Source: Eledone cirrhosa
Lineage: Eukaryota
Direction: 5' to 3'
NCBI GenBank assembly: GCA_964016885.1
Contig: OZ024762.1
Span: forward strand, 26,598,001-26,662,000
Length of the DNA: 64,000 nt
Shown here: piece after piece, positions 30,559 to 45,758 of the stretch
Position numbering within the stretch: position 1 is the stretch's first letter
Layout: the number at the start of each line of letters is the position of its first letter
Program-made: the position numbers and the translations under genes
The notes under the pieces: generated by a model
Told to the model about the DNA's origin: nothing
Seen by the model: only the letters and a program-made list of their open reading frames with translations
Databases searched by the model: none

Positions 30559-30631
30559 GGATGTATATAAGCCGACATACATGTTTCGCTTTTGTTGAAG
30601 CTTATCAAGGCCAACTACCCCGCATTATATA

Positions 30632-30732
<101 letters not shown>

Positions 30733-30759
30733 GTATATATACGTATATATATACATATG

Positions 30760-30849
<90 letters not shown>

Positions 30850-30929
30850 TATATAACGTATGTCTTCTCCATTAGGTGTCTATTAAGGTCTGGCTGCGGA
30901 AGCCGATTTTGGGAGAATGTGTGATCAGC

Positions 30930-31002
<73 letters not shown>

Positions 31003-31116
31003 GTATATACGGGGGTGTGTGTGTGTGTGTAAAAAAGGTATTCAATACTGTAGTTGTGATAGATACAGTTTCATACTACAGGACATTCCTGATTTCGAAC
31101 TTATACGCACACACCC

Positions 31117-31171
<55 letters not shown>

Positions 31172-31232
31172 CAGAGCAAAAGAGTCAGGACCCCGACGGC
31201 TGATCTCCGGCCGTTTCGACAGCTAGTTCCAA

Positions 31233-31339
<107 letters not shown>

Positions 31340-31659
31340 GGTGTGTGTATGTGTGCGTGTGTATATATATGTGTGTGTGTGTAATGAATTAGAAAGTTGT
31401 TGATTTAAATATCGCCACAATCTATTTATTAGGTATTCAATGTCATACGTATTTCACTGCCATTTGTTATGTCAAAATCAGTTGCGATGCCGTCAGTCAT
31501 TTTTTTCCTTGCATAAACATTAGTAATATAAGTTCTTATTGTGAGGTAACAGCTCGAGGTATTACGTGTTCTTTCTTCAGCCCATACATACTTGTACACA
31601 TCTATTTATCTATCTACCTCTTTCCCTCTTTTTCTCTCTCTTTCTATATATATATATAT

Positions 31660-32739
<1,080 letters not shown>

Positions 32740-33285
32740 TATGAGTGTGTATATATATATATATATATACAAGGTTAAAATTATTGAAATAATTAATTGA
32801 CTCGCGTGCATATTATTTTATTCTTTTATGTTTTGCGATGACCTCCCCTTCCCGCTTTGTGGCGGTGTGAGATTTTTCATTGTGAGACTGCTAGCATTTC
32901 AAATTTGGCGGTCATTCTAGCACGGAAGGGTACCATCACTGAACATTAATATCGGTAAGGTTTTTTTTATATCGATATTGTCGGGCATCCACTAATGATT
33001 TATAAGTGCCTACCTACATATATTCCTATGGACTATGTGTGGGCTTCTACATAACCTGGACATTATTTTCCCAATTTGTAGAAAACTTATAATGAAACGA
33101 TCGTTTGGAAAGAGAGATGTATTTAATTATGTCTCATATAAAATAATACAAATGGCTATCCGCAAAATACGTATAGTTAGCACCCCAAACGTATAATTGG
33201 GATTATACTAAGGTATATCCTAATGTTTGTTGAGTGAGACAGAAGCCGGTCGGAGTATTGCATAAAGCTTTCTCAGTTAATATAT

Positions 33286-33319
<34 letters not shown>

Positions 33320-33355
33320 GTTATACTTCACTTGAAGCATTGTGTAATGAGGTAT

Positions 33356-33695
33356 AAACGTTTGTAATTGTAAAGCCAAAACAATGCAGGTATGGATATA
33401 GAATATAAATGCAAATGCAAAAGATATTGTTGACAATTAGTCTTTTACCTTAAATTTGACATTAGAGATAAAACAGAGATTCTCTATACCATTTCCTGTC
33501 AGCATGACTTGGCAAGCTATTTAGAACGCTGGTTTAAGCACTTTACTTCCCTCCGAAGAAGATATATTATCTCGAAAATTAAGGATATTTAAATAAATTT
33601 AAGTTAAAAGACTAATTGTCAAGAATATCTTTTGCATTTGCATTTATATTCTATATCCATACCTGCATTGTTTTGACTTTACAAATACAAACGTT
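33356..33695. mobile_element. MITE-like element with ~100-bp inverted repeats
   Basis: 33356-33457 is the reverse complement of 33595-33695. Confidence 0.65.
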
Positions 33696-33710
33696 AATAT
33701 ATATATATAT

Positions 33711-33811
<101 letters not shown>

Positions 33812-34250
33812 GAGAGAAAGAGAGAAAGAGAGATACATAGATAGATGTGTACAAGTATGTAGGGTATGAAGAAAGAACACGTAATACCTCCAGCTGTTAC
33901 CTCACAATAAGAACTGATATTACTAATGCTTGTGAAAGAAAAACATTGACTGATGGCATCGCGACTGATTGTTACATAACAAATGTCAGCGAAATACGTA
34001 TGACATTGAATTCCTATTAAATAGATTGTCGCAAAATTTAAATCAACAACTTTCTAATTCATTACACACATGTGCACGCACACACACACACACACACATA
34101 TATATACATACACACACACATACACACGCGCACACGCACGGACACGCGCACACACACATACACACACACACATATATATATATTCGGATCTACCTGTCGA
34201 AACGGCCGGAGCTCAGCCGTTGGGGTCGTGAATCTTTTCCTATATATATC

Positions 34251-35143
34251 CGAGGTGCGTCAAAAAATGTCCAGGACTGATGTCACAAAAGATTTATTTC
34301 AAACCCAAACTTCACACTAAGAGTTTTCTCCTTCAAAGTGATCCCCCTGGAGTATGTAACTGTAATCATAGTTCTCTGCAGCGATCAAACTTTTATCTTC
34401 ATAATTTTATATACATGTCCTCAGTTTCAGGTCGGCAAGCAATGAGCACAGAGCAACGAACAAGCTTGAAAACACCGCCAGAAGCACTGGGATTGCTGCA
34501 GCAAGTGTATGGAGATAAGACGATGTCACGCTCACGTGTTTTTTGAGTGATGCAACAGGTTTAAAGAAGGACGCGAGGACGTGGAAGATGACCCCAGGAG
34601 CGGAAGACCCTCAACAACCATGACTGAGGTCAACGTTGAACGCATCAGGCAGATGGTGCATAGCGATCGTCCGCTGACTGTTCAACTGATGGCAAATGAG
34701 CTGGGCATGAATTGGGACAGCGTCTGGAATATTCTCACTGAAGATTTAGACATGCAGAAAGTCTGCGCGAAGATGGTGCCAAAACTGCTGAACGATGACC
34801 AGAATGGTCGACGCATGCAAGTGTGCCAGGACATCCTCGAGCGTCTTGAAACCGAACCAGACTTGCTAGTGACAGTCATCACCGGTGATGAGTCATGGAA
34901 CTTCGAGTACGACCCGGAGGGGACTCGTTTTGAAGACGTGGACGACATTAAAAAGGCCGTGACGACGGAACTGCGGAGGATCCCGAAATATCCTCCCAGG
35001 AATGCATACAAGCGTGGCAGAAAAGGATGGAAAATGAATTAGACTCCAGGGGGATTACTTTGAAGGAGAAAACTCTTAGTGTGAAGTTTGGGTTTGAAAT
35101 AAATCTTGTGTGACATCAGTCCTGGAACTTTTCTGACACACCT

Positions 35144-35145
<2 letters not shown>
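34251..35145 (+). mobile_element. Internally deleted mariner transposon with ~100-bp TIRs
   Basis: TIRs CGAGGTGCGTC..CCTGGAGT / ACTCCAGG..ACACCTCC in a (TA)n context. Transposase remnants VYGDKTMSRSRVF, EDDPRSGRPST, CAKMVPKLL and ITGDESWNFEYDPE join directly to the C-terminal GTRFEDVDDIKKAV, so most of the catalytic domain is missing. Confidence 0.92.
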
Positions 35146-35182
<37 letters not shown>

Positions 35183-35323
35183 CGAAGGAGTTGTGGTAAG
35201 GAACCAGAGTACTCAATTCTTAGGATAGTAGAGTGGGTAATAGGAAAATGTATGACCCCGACGGCAGAGCTCAAGCCATTTCGCCGGCTATTTCTGGACT
35301 CCACAACTCCTTCGTTATCATTA

Positions 35324-37299
35324 TCTATAAAAGGCTGAGTGTTGTTTTTGTGTGTGTGTGTGTGTGCATGTTCCATGTTTATACATTTGCAAAATTTCAA
35401 ACCGATTCGACTCAACGTCTGTAAGAATGTTGTAAATGGTCTAGCTTAGTTCAACGACTATTTATTTCATTCAAACTCACCCACAATTACGGAAATCTAT
35501 ATATATAAAACTGTGGTTGTCTGTCTGTCTATCGATTTTTGGCACACATCTCCTCTTAGAATCTCTCACGGAATTGCACCGAAATTGCTATACTTGTACA
35601 TTGAGCCCTAGCGAAGAAATCGGAAAAAAAAAATTTCAAATTGACCCACCCTATGTGACGAAATCGAATATAATGTATCGATTTTTGAGCGTAAGTTATC
35701 AGTTATTTCCCTTTGTTCTGTTTACATTGAGCGTCTTACGTAAAAAATTACGCTGGCTTTAACAGTTGTCGAGCCAGCAAAATATTGACCTGCAAAATTC
35801 ATCAGTTCGAACACTAGGCTTCCGTTTTGCTTCATTTCCATTTAAAAGCATTTTAAAACAATATTTTTACTTGAAAACAAGTCTAGTTAAAGACTACGTA
35901 AAACAAGCAAATATTTCGTCGTTAGGCGTGCAGACAGACAGTCGTGCACAGACAGTCGTGCAGACAGACAGTCGTGCAGAGAGGTGATATACGCGTGCAG
36001 ACAGACAGTCGTGCAGAGAAGTGATATAGGCGTGCAGACAGACAGTCGTGCAGAGAGGTGATATAGGCGTGCAGACAGACAGTCGTGCAGAGAGGTGATA
36101 TAGGCGTGCAGACAGACAGTCGTGCAGAGAGGTGATATAGGCGTGCAGACAGACAGTCGTGCAGAGAGGTGATATAGGCGTGCAGACAGACATAACTGAT
36201 AATTGGTTACGCTAATGTTTTTCTCTGCGTTGCAGTGTTTACATTTTCGATCTTTGTTAATAAATAACCAGTGCAGTTTTTATCCCCAGCATCCTCTTTT
36301 GTTATAATATTCGGGTTACCGTTATGTTTTCTTAACTTCATAAGGCATATTGTTGGTTGAGGGAATATTAATCAAAAACACCACATGCAAGTCTGCACAG
36401 TCGACACTACAGTTTTTAAGCCAAGAAAGAAACTTAACATTGTAACTTTAACACAGCTACTGAGCGACCCCGAGCAACGCCGGGCTTTACTGCTAGTAAT
36501 CGATAAAACTAAATACATGTTTCTTTAACCCTCTAATACAATCTGATATCCTCTCTCTACTCCCCTTAAAATTCGATAAAACTACATACATGCAACTTTC
36601 TCTTATATACGATTAAACTTACAAACTTTAAGAGGGAGAGAGAGTGAGAGGGAGAGAGAGAGGGAACGTTTATTTTTGAGTGTGGAACGGTCTAACATTT
36701 ATTTACTTCAATGACAAAGAGAACTTATTCCATTTCATACGAAACAACAATTATTCAAAAGCAATAGCGATAAATCTTTTTTAAAACATCTATCAACGAA
36801 CGTGAAAGAAAGAAGTATCAGTTCATTTACTATACACAATAATATCCTCTATGAGGTCACTAAACCTTCTAGAAACAGCAGCTAAGTCTCCCCCATATCA
36901 CACCACTCCCGACTGTCTTAAATTAGAAAACATATCTTCTATGAGGTCACTAAACCTGCTAGAAACAGCTGCTAACTCTCCCCCATATCACACCCCTTCC
37001 GACTGTCTTAAATTTAGAAAACACACATTAGACAACCATGCAGAACAACTCCATCGCAGCTCTGTTGTTCGGCTGGCATCTTGTTGCGCAAGTATTGTGA
37101 AACAATAAATTTCAACACTTCTTTGCACAGAGATAATTTCCATAGGCGAAACTACAATTGTCACTGCTGGCGCAGCTCCTGCTTCGGCAGTCCAGGTCTG
37201 CAATTCATTCACCCAGTGCCTGGCAGACAAAAAAGCGCTGCCATAAAATGGGTGGTGCAACCTAACTTTGGTAACTTACTGACCCCGAGCAACACCGGG

Positions 37300-37303
<4 letters not shown>
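35324..37303 (+). mobile_element. Outer non-autonomous Helitron-like element (interrupted)
   Basis: 5' A|TCTATAAAAG followed by (TG)n; 3' hairpin CCCGAGCAACACCGGG at ~37284-37299. Terminal CTAG not seen. Confidence 0.5.
35496..36496 (+). mobile_element. Non-autonomous Helitron with an internal 37-bp minisatellite
   Basis: A|TCTATATATATAAAA..(GTCT)n at the 5' end; hairpin CCCGAGCAACGCCGGG then CTAG|T at the 3' end. About 7 copies of GCGTGCAGACAGACAGTCGTGCAGAGAGGTGATATAG at 35925-36192. Confidence 0.85.
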
Positions 37304-37398
<95 letters not shown>

Positions 37399-38283
37399 AT
37401 AATAATAATAATAATAAGGGTTGACGGACCCAGCATATTTATCAATGCCAGTACCGGTTGTATCTCAGCGCACTCAATGGGCAATGGAAGATACATTACC
37501 AGAATATACACATAGTTACTTGCCTCAACACAAAACACGTAAAACGGGTGCCTATAAGGTTCCCGGACTCGAGTTTCTGCAGTACTAATGCAGCAGTAAG
37601 GTGCACTGCACCATCTCTCTGTATATATTATGCAACAATGCACAATGGCTTATGCTGCTTCATCAGCGGGTATCGCCTAATCAATAACCAATCAATCGAC
37701 ATAATCCAAACACCAGCCCGCGCCGGTCATGACTGTTTGTGACAACCGACACGGTAAAGCGATTAACTGGCAACCGATAGGACTCTATCTCTCAACTAGC
37801 CACTGATTTATAAATTTTACGTGGGGACGGAAAGCTAAAAAGAATCAATGTATTAGTTCCTGTCAGAAGCCCTCAGCCAACGTGTCTCACACACAAATTA
37901 TCGAGGGGTGAAAAGATGGCTATTAGAAATAGCAGTTCACATTGATATAAAATAGAATGGTAACATTCGGTTCATGTCTCCAAGCCCCATGGCTAGAGGA
38001 AAGCGATGGTAACAATGGTAGGGGCAAGAACCTTTAACGGACATTAAATGCGTTCATCCATTATATACCAATATAATAGCGAGCTGAAATGTGTCAGCCA
38101 CGTGCGTAGATAACCAGTCTAATTCACAACTTAAAAGAGTGAGAGACAAAATTAGTAGCAGGAAAAAGAGTGCATATCAAAACAAAAACACAATAAAAAT
38201 TGAAAAATTGTCTCAATATTCCGCTCGTTGGGAGATAATAATGTATCTAAATATATATATATAGGAAAATGTATCTATATATA

Positions 38284-39147
38284 TACTATAGAGTAAAGCA
38301 TGTCCAGAGAATTATTTGATAATATATATACATCATCTCTACTCCCAATCAGCATAATTAACCACACAAAAATCAATTAGACCAGGCTATAAGAATAAAA
38401 GGCATCTATGAAGAAACAGTAAATAAATATGCCACTGAGGTGTCTTTGCGCACAACCGCTATAGAATATTTATCCAATATTTCAACAGCACGTGGAAATT
38501 AATTAAATATACGGTCAACCATACATAATTAGGTAAAAATTAATGTTAGAAATGCTTATATACATACCAGGATTAAATCACTAAATCCCGACCCTTGAGT
38601 TTCGCTCACTTTTGAGATATCTTATTTAGGATAATACTCGAGTTTTAGAACTCTTCAGGGATAAACTCACTAGGACATATTATTTTCCGAAGTGGCCCCC
38701 GCCAAACACGGATTCAAAAGGGTTGAGAACTGTGACGTGGCAGTGGTCAAGTCATGAAGGGTGTGATTGGTTGCTTACGGCGAGTGGGTTGGTTGCTAGA
38801 AAGCGCAGCCCAATATCGCCCAAATTTTATCTCAACCTTATGGGAGATTATTAAATATAAAATATAAATATTTACACATACACCAATTAAACAAAGTCAC
38901 AGGTATATATGTGTTTTGGCAACTTTTCACGATGTGGCTCAATGAAGAATTAAATAATCAGAGCAAAATACTATAAAGTAAAGCATGTCCAGAGAATTAT
39001 TTAATGATATATATACATCATTTCTTCTCCCAACCAGCATAATTAACCATACAAAAAATCAATTAGACCAGGCTATAAGAATAAAAGGCATCTATGAAGA
39101 AACAGTAAATAAATACAGCACTGCGGCGTCTTCGCGCACAAGCGCTA

Positions 39148-39148
<1 letters not shown>
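38284..39148 (-). mobile_element. Terminally redundant (~685-bp period) hammerhead element
   Basis: 38284-38463 repeats at 38968-39148. Minus-strand hammerhead at 38585-38663: ATCC-CTGAAGA-GTTC..GAGC-GAAAC-TCAAGG-GTC-GGGAT. Confidence 0.7.
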
Positions 39149-39217
<69 letters not shown>

Positions 39218-39229
39218 TAGATATAGATA

Positions 39230-40200
39230 ATTTTCATTTTATTTGCCACCAGGGCATCAAAAAGTGGTACAAGTACAATGGGGGGAGTTAACATAACAAG
39301 GCGTCCTCAATAAGGAGGAGGGAATAACAAAATATAAAAGATAAAATATAAAATATAACAAAAATAAATTTAATAACAAAATCCTCAATAGGGAGGAGGC
39401 GCCTTGGGGGGTCGCACACACCCCCGAAAAAAGTGTGCAACTCTTCTCCTCAGGAGCACAGAGAAGGGGTGCTCACTTGATCTTTCATCTTCCTCACCTA
39501 TCGTCTGATGTAGAGTGAAGGGGCATTCACACGGGCCATTCTCGCCACTTTCACCCATCTTTCATAAAAACGGCTGGGGTGCAGCACCTCTCTCTCCATC
39601 CTGATCCTTCTTCCGAAATGATATCGGAAGAAACGGACCCGTTGTTGGCCAGAGAGAAAGGTGCCTGACCTCAGTCCTTTCAGACCCGTCCACCATACAA
39701 CCTCTTTCGCCATGGCTATTACGCACAGAAACACCACCTCTTCTTCGTTTTTGAAGAGAGGAGGCGGCTTGATCGTTACAATAGACTCGGTGGTCAACCG
39801 GATCGGTCCCACCCTTGACAGCAGTTGTTCGACATAGCCCCGCAGATCGGCAATGTCCGAGTAGTGTACCAATGCGTGTGCAACGGTTTCCTCGTCGCAC
39901 ACGCATCTGCGACAGATCTTTTTCGAGCGGTCCCTACCCGGGCGCCCGTGTCTTTAGAGCCTTTCTCGAACGGGCAGAGCCCTCAGTAGCACTGCCAGGC
40001 CAGGGACCTCTGGAAGTTATTCATGGGTCCCGGGCTGAAAGTCCTACCGAACAGGTTGGCCAGTTCGTCTTCCTCCATGCCTAGGGCTTCTCCGAGGGCG
40101 TCGTCGCACCTGCTAACCACCAGCCCTCTATAGAATGACGAGGTGGATTCTCCACTGACAGCCGGGTCCGCCTGCCAGAGAGCCGTGAGCGCCTGGGCAC
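39230..40200 (-). mobile_element. 5'-truncated Tx1 copy (subfamily B)
   Basis: C-terminal ORF2 (AQALTALWQADPA..CDEETVAHALVH..) plus 3' UTR, very similar to 60203-61170. GATA repeats at both junctions. Confidence 0.92.
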
Positions 40201-40897
40201 ATAGATAGATAGATAGATACATTTTCCTATATATATATATTGTAAGCAATGGAAAAGCAACATCACAACTTACAATTAAGGACAGAATGAAAACACACAC
40301 ACACATAGAACAAACAACCAACCAGTAACATGTAAAAAAACAAATAAATAAACAAATATAAACATATACAGACACCTGGATGTAACACATGCGCAAACTA
40401 AGCACACAACACACACAAAAACAAGATGACGTAGGACAGAACAAAGGAGAGGCACAAAAAACAAAGAAAAGAATCCCCAGTCACTGAAGAGGTCACAGAA
40501 TGTGTGACGAAAGAACTTTGACAATATATGAACAATGGTCTGGTTGTGGAACCAACCAACCAACCGGAAATTTATAAATTCCTAAATTTATAAATTTAAT
40601 TTATAATAAATTGAAGTGAAAGCTACTGGTGCGTGTGTTTCTTATTGGCAACATGACCCTCCCAAAGTATAACAATATCGGTTTCAAAACACGTTTTCAG
40701 ATAAAGAATCTTGCTAAACAAATTCAGAAACGAAATATATATATATATATATATATATAACAAAGAAAGTGTGGTAAGGAAACAAGTGGACCATAACGCA
40801 CCAGAGTACTCAAAACTTTTGTGTAATAGAGTGGGAATTAGGGAAAGAGTCAGGAACACTACGGCTCAGCTCCGGCCGTTTCGGCAGCTAGATCTAG

Positions 40898-40945
<48 letters not shown>

Positions 40946-41497
40946 ATGGTTAGAAGCATGTATATATGAGTGAAAGAGAAAGAGGCGGAGGGAGAGAGTT
41001 AGTATGTATATGTATATATAATTACTTATCATAGAAAATGGCGACATATGTTTTATGCTAAATAATATAATATTTAACAGTGTGTGAGTGTGTACGTACG
41101 AATACGTGTGTAGGTTGATGGCGTGTGTGAATACGCGTACGGGTGTTGGCGCGTGCATGTGTGTATACGTGTTAGGGTACTTGCGTGTGCGTAAGTGTGT
41201 GTGTACATGTATTTTTTATGAGTTTCTGTTTGTGTGTCTATATGGCTTTGTTAAATGTATGATTACACATTTTGCGCAGACACAGACACAAGTGTACACC
41301 CACCACACAAAACACACTAACGCGCACATAACACATACACACGTATGCGCCACACAAAACACGTAAACGTACACATAATACAAAAACGCACACACATGAC
41401 ACAAACTCACACATAACACTACACGCACACAGACACAAGTATACACGCACATATAACACAGAAACGCGCACACACAGATACAGATACAAATTCTATT

Positions 41498-41586
<89 letters not shown>

Positions 41587-41655
41587 ATGCCAATATATAT
41601 ATAAAATTATTTATTCATATATGTATATAATTATTTATATATATACATATATAAA

Positions 41656-41686
<31 letters not shown>

Positions 41687-42670
41687 TTATTTATTTATTC
41701 ATATATTCATGTATGTGTGTTTTAATTCGTGAACGTATACATCTATATATGTGTGTGCGTGTGTGTGCGCGCGAGAGAGTGTGTGTGTGTGTGTCTTTGA
41801 GTGTATATGTGTGCGTGTGCTGTTTTGTACGCTTTGCATATCTGGTGCGTGTAGACGTGTGTGTTTGGTTGAACATTAAATTTCATAAAATTTCCTTCAA
41901 ATTTGCTGAATTTCAGCCAAACTTGTGTCACGTCCTCGGTCAAGTTTTCTTATATCTTAATGGACCCTTCACCTGCTCCCCAGGTTCTTGAATTGTGTTT
42001 CTATTGAATGTTACATATATATCTTCTGACATATTTGATGAAATTCTATTGTCCATTAGTTGATTCTTCCGAATTGTGAATAATATTGGGCCTTGGGCAC
42101 GTAATGCGGAGATGATGTATGCGTGACACCAAATAGAATTTATATGGTAAACTTTGGCCAACATTACTAGGAATCTTATTGGTTTCACATCAACAACAAC
42201 ACCCACAACAACAACAATATCAGTAACAACAACGCCCAGAGCAACTACACCCACAACAACAGCACTCGCAACACAAATACCCGCAAAAAACTACGACATC
42301 CACAAAAACAACAAACCTCATATCTACAACACCCACAACAAAAACATTAACACCCCAAACAACAACACAACAACAACCACAAAAATAACACCCACGAAAA
42401 CAACTACCACCCGCAATATAATCAATGTTTCATTTCTGTCGCACATCATCCCCCCCCCCTCCCTCTCTCTCCCCCTCTCTCTCTCTCTCTGATATTTGAA
42501 TATACTATGATTTGAGCTTACCTTATTCATATATATATGTTTTTGCATGTCAGTTAGATTCAAACTTAAAACGATTGGCATTATATATATAAATATATCT
42601 ATATTATCAAATAATTGTATGGACTTGCTTTACTTTATAGTATTTTGCTCTGATTATTTAATTTATTAAT

Positions 42671-42855
42671 GGGCGGTGGATTGGCAGTATCGGTAGAGGG
42701 TCGGACGCCATGCTGTCCAGCATAGTTACGTCCCTTTACGATCTGAGTTCAAATCCCGCCGAGGTTGACTTTGCCTTTCATCCTTACGGGGTTGATAAAA
42801 TAAAGTACCAGTAATGCACTGGGTAATAGCTGGCCTTGTGCCTAAAGTAGAAATA
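42671..42855 (+). mobile_element. Full-length octopus-type tRNA-derived SINE with an 18-bp TSD
   Basis: GGCGGTGGATTGGCAGTATCGG (A-box region)..GAGTTCAAATCCC (B-box)..GCCTTTCATCC..GATAAAATAAAGTACCAG. TSD ATTATTTAATTTATTAAT at 42653-42670 and 42856-42873. Confidence 0.9.
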
Positions 42856-42979
42856 ATTATTTAATTTATTAATTCTTCATTGTGCCACATCGTGAATGGT
42901 TGCCAAAACATATATATATGTGACTTTGTTTAATTGGTGTATGTGTAAATATTTATATTTTATATATATATATATATAT

Positions 42980-43674
42980 TTGTTTGTTAAAATAATTAAA
43001 TTAAATTAAATCAACAGTTAAACACACATAGGAATAATAAGGTTGTTACCAAAGAGCCAGATGACTGACAGGTCGATCCTAAATATGACTAATAGCTCTA
43101 GGAAAGCCATGAACGACAACACATCGTTTAAACTTTGATTTTGAAAGTAGGTTTATAATTATTAATTTTCGTTATACATTTGTTGCTGTCTCGATGGCCT
43201 AGTTGGAAGAATAATAGACGGGGGTGATCCTAGTCTGAAGCTCGATCCTGGTCAGGACCAGGATTGAACCTAAGACCAGTATCTCCACCGTCTCTAGTAT
43301 CAACCACTAGGCCACTGAAACTGCTACGGAAAGTACTGTAAGTTCATATTTAGAAACCTACTTTAAACAATTCCAATACAGAATGATGTGGCGTCGTTCA
43401 TGTCTTTCTTAATCTTATTGCTCCCACTTAAGGTCGACTTCTAAATCCTTTGGGTGATCCATAAACTACACCCTTGTTTTGTTTCTCATCTATCTAGACT
43501 ATATTTTAACCTGTAACCCATGTTTCATTTGTGTCGCAACTCATCCCCCCCCTCTCTCTTTCTCTCTCTCTCTTTCTTTCTGTGATACTTGAATGTATCA
43601 TCTCGGCTTGCCTTATTCATACAAATATATATATGTTTTTGCATGTTAGTAGATTCCAAATTACAATGATTGGA

Positions 43675-43680
<6 letters not shown>
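42980..43680. mobile_element. Foldback element with diverged arms and two convergent tRNA-like heads (copy 2 at 44755-45478)
   Basis: Imperfect inverted repeat ~43010-43520 centred near 43255, with A/B-box-like motifs on both strands. (TA)n flanks. Confidence 0.6.
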
Positions 43681-43726
<46 letters not shown>

Positions 43727-44438
43727 TTGCGAGGTTTTTGATATAAAATCGTGTGTCGAAACAAATATTGTTATACTTGGGAGGGGCATATTGTTGAAAT
43801 AATATATTGTTGTTTACTTTTCTCACTCGCTTTACGCGATTTACTTGTCCCAATAGCTTTTTTTAGTTATTGCTCGCACCAACCAGAGGTATATGATTTT
43901 TCTTTCTTCTCATGTTTTTTATATATATTTACCTCGGCTGCGTTTGTCTGTTTCTCTCTTACTGCTTCCCCGTTCTCTCTGTTGCTCTCACCTTCTTTCG
44001 CCCCCTCTGTCAGTTACACTTTCTCTCGAATGACTTCTTCCTCGCACTTCCACTCACTCACTCTCTGTTTCTTCCCTTCTCACTTCCTCCCGTTTGGCTT
44101 GTAGTGGGTTCTCTTCTTGCTCACATCTCACTCATGTCGGACGGTCTGTATCTTGATCGCTCATGAAATCCACCCAGCTTATGCTGACCGGATAACCATG
44201 TTGCTTGTTTATTCCCATCTTTGCGTTGCTTTCATCCTTCTATGTTGTTTACTTGTCTCACTCGCTTTACGTGATTTACTTGGCCAATAGCTTTTTTTAG
44301 TTATTGCTCGCACCAACCTGAGATATATGATTTTTAATGCGACGAAATATCAATGATGGTTGTCAAATCACTGACGAAGGACTAATTTTATCATATGTAA
44401 CCCATGTGCAACCACGCAGTATTCTTCCTTCTTCTCAT

Positions 44439-44472
<34 letters not shown>

Positions 44473-44522
44473 GTTATTCCGGGTTGAATCGGAGGTAACC
44501 ACAGTAAGTAAGGTACTCAATA

Positions 44523-44575
44523 GAGATTCCTGATGATTTCTAATGAATGAAACAGTTCTAGTCCTGTAGAATCTC
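44523..44575 (+). ncRNA. Type I hammerhead ribozyme (canonical core)
   Basis: GAGATTC-CTGATGA-TTTC(TAAT)GAAT-GAAAC-AG(TTCTAGTC)CT-GTA-GAATCTC. 7-bp stem I, GUA cleavage triplet. Confidence 0.8.
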
Positions 44576-44586
44576 ATCTATATTAA

Positions 44587-44640
<54 letters not shown>

Positions 44641-45476
44641 ATAATAATAAATGTGAAGACTAAAACCCGAAGAGGGCTTAATAAAGCAGCGATTCTTTGC
44701 TTAAACTTTAATCTATTATTTTAATAAATATATATATACATATTTTTACATATTATTTGTTTAAATAATTAAATTGAATTAATTCAACAGTTAAACACAC
44801 ATAGGAATAATAAGGTTGTTCCCAAAGAGGAGAAGATTGACAAGTCGACTCTAATTATGACTAATAGCTCTAGGAAATCCATGAACGACAGCGCATATTT
44901 TTAACTTTGATTTTGAAAGTAGGTTTATAATTATTAATTATCCTTATACTTTAGTAACTATGTCAGCGGCGTAGTTGGAGGAATTGTAGACGGTGGTGAT
45001 CCTGGTCGAGAGTAGGCATCCCAGTAAACCTTTTCAGTTTTTTTCTATGGGATGTAAAATAAAAACTGAAAATGTTTGCACTACTTCACTACCCAAGACC
45101 AGGATCTCCACCGTCTCTAGTATCTACCACTAGGCCACTGAGACAGATACGAATGCTACTGAAAATTCATACCTATAAACCTACTTTCAAAATGTTCAAT
45201 ACGAAAGATGTGGTGTCGTTCATGTCTTAATGTTATTGCTTCTACTTAAAGTCGACTTCTGAATTATTTGGCTATTCCATAAACTACATCCTCGCTTTGT
45301 TTGTCATCTATTTAGAATATATTTTAACCTGTAATCCATGTTTCATTTCCGTCGCTCCTCATCCCCTCCCCCTCTCTCTCTCTCTGTGATATTTGAATCT
45401 TCTCTGATTTGGTCTTACCTTATTCATATATATTGTTTTGCATGTCAGTTAGATTCAAACTTACAATGATTGGCAT

Positions 45477-45508
<32 letters not shown>

Positions 45509-45646
45509 AATTTATTATAATAAATTGAAGTGAAAGCAACTGGTGCGTGTGTTTCTTATTGGCAACATGACCCTCCCAAAGTATAACAATATCGGTTTCA
45601 ACACACGTTTTCAGATAAAGAATCTTGCTAAACAAATTCAGAAACG

Positions 45647-45758
<112 letters not shown>

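Noticed and set aside
41880-42254. ORF 41940..42254 (-) with a non-repetitive C-terminal half
   Set aside because: No recognisable motif, and it begins in a simple repeat; it may be a decayed TE fragment.
42671-43320. A/B-box sequences as true tRNA genes
   Set aside because: No complete cloverleaf; they are SINE or foldback-element heads.
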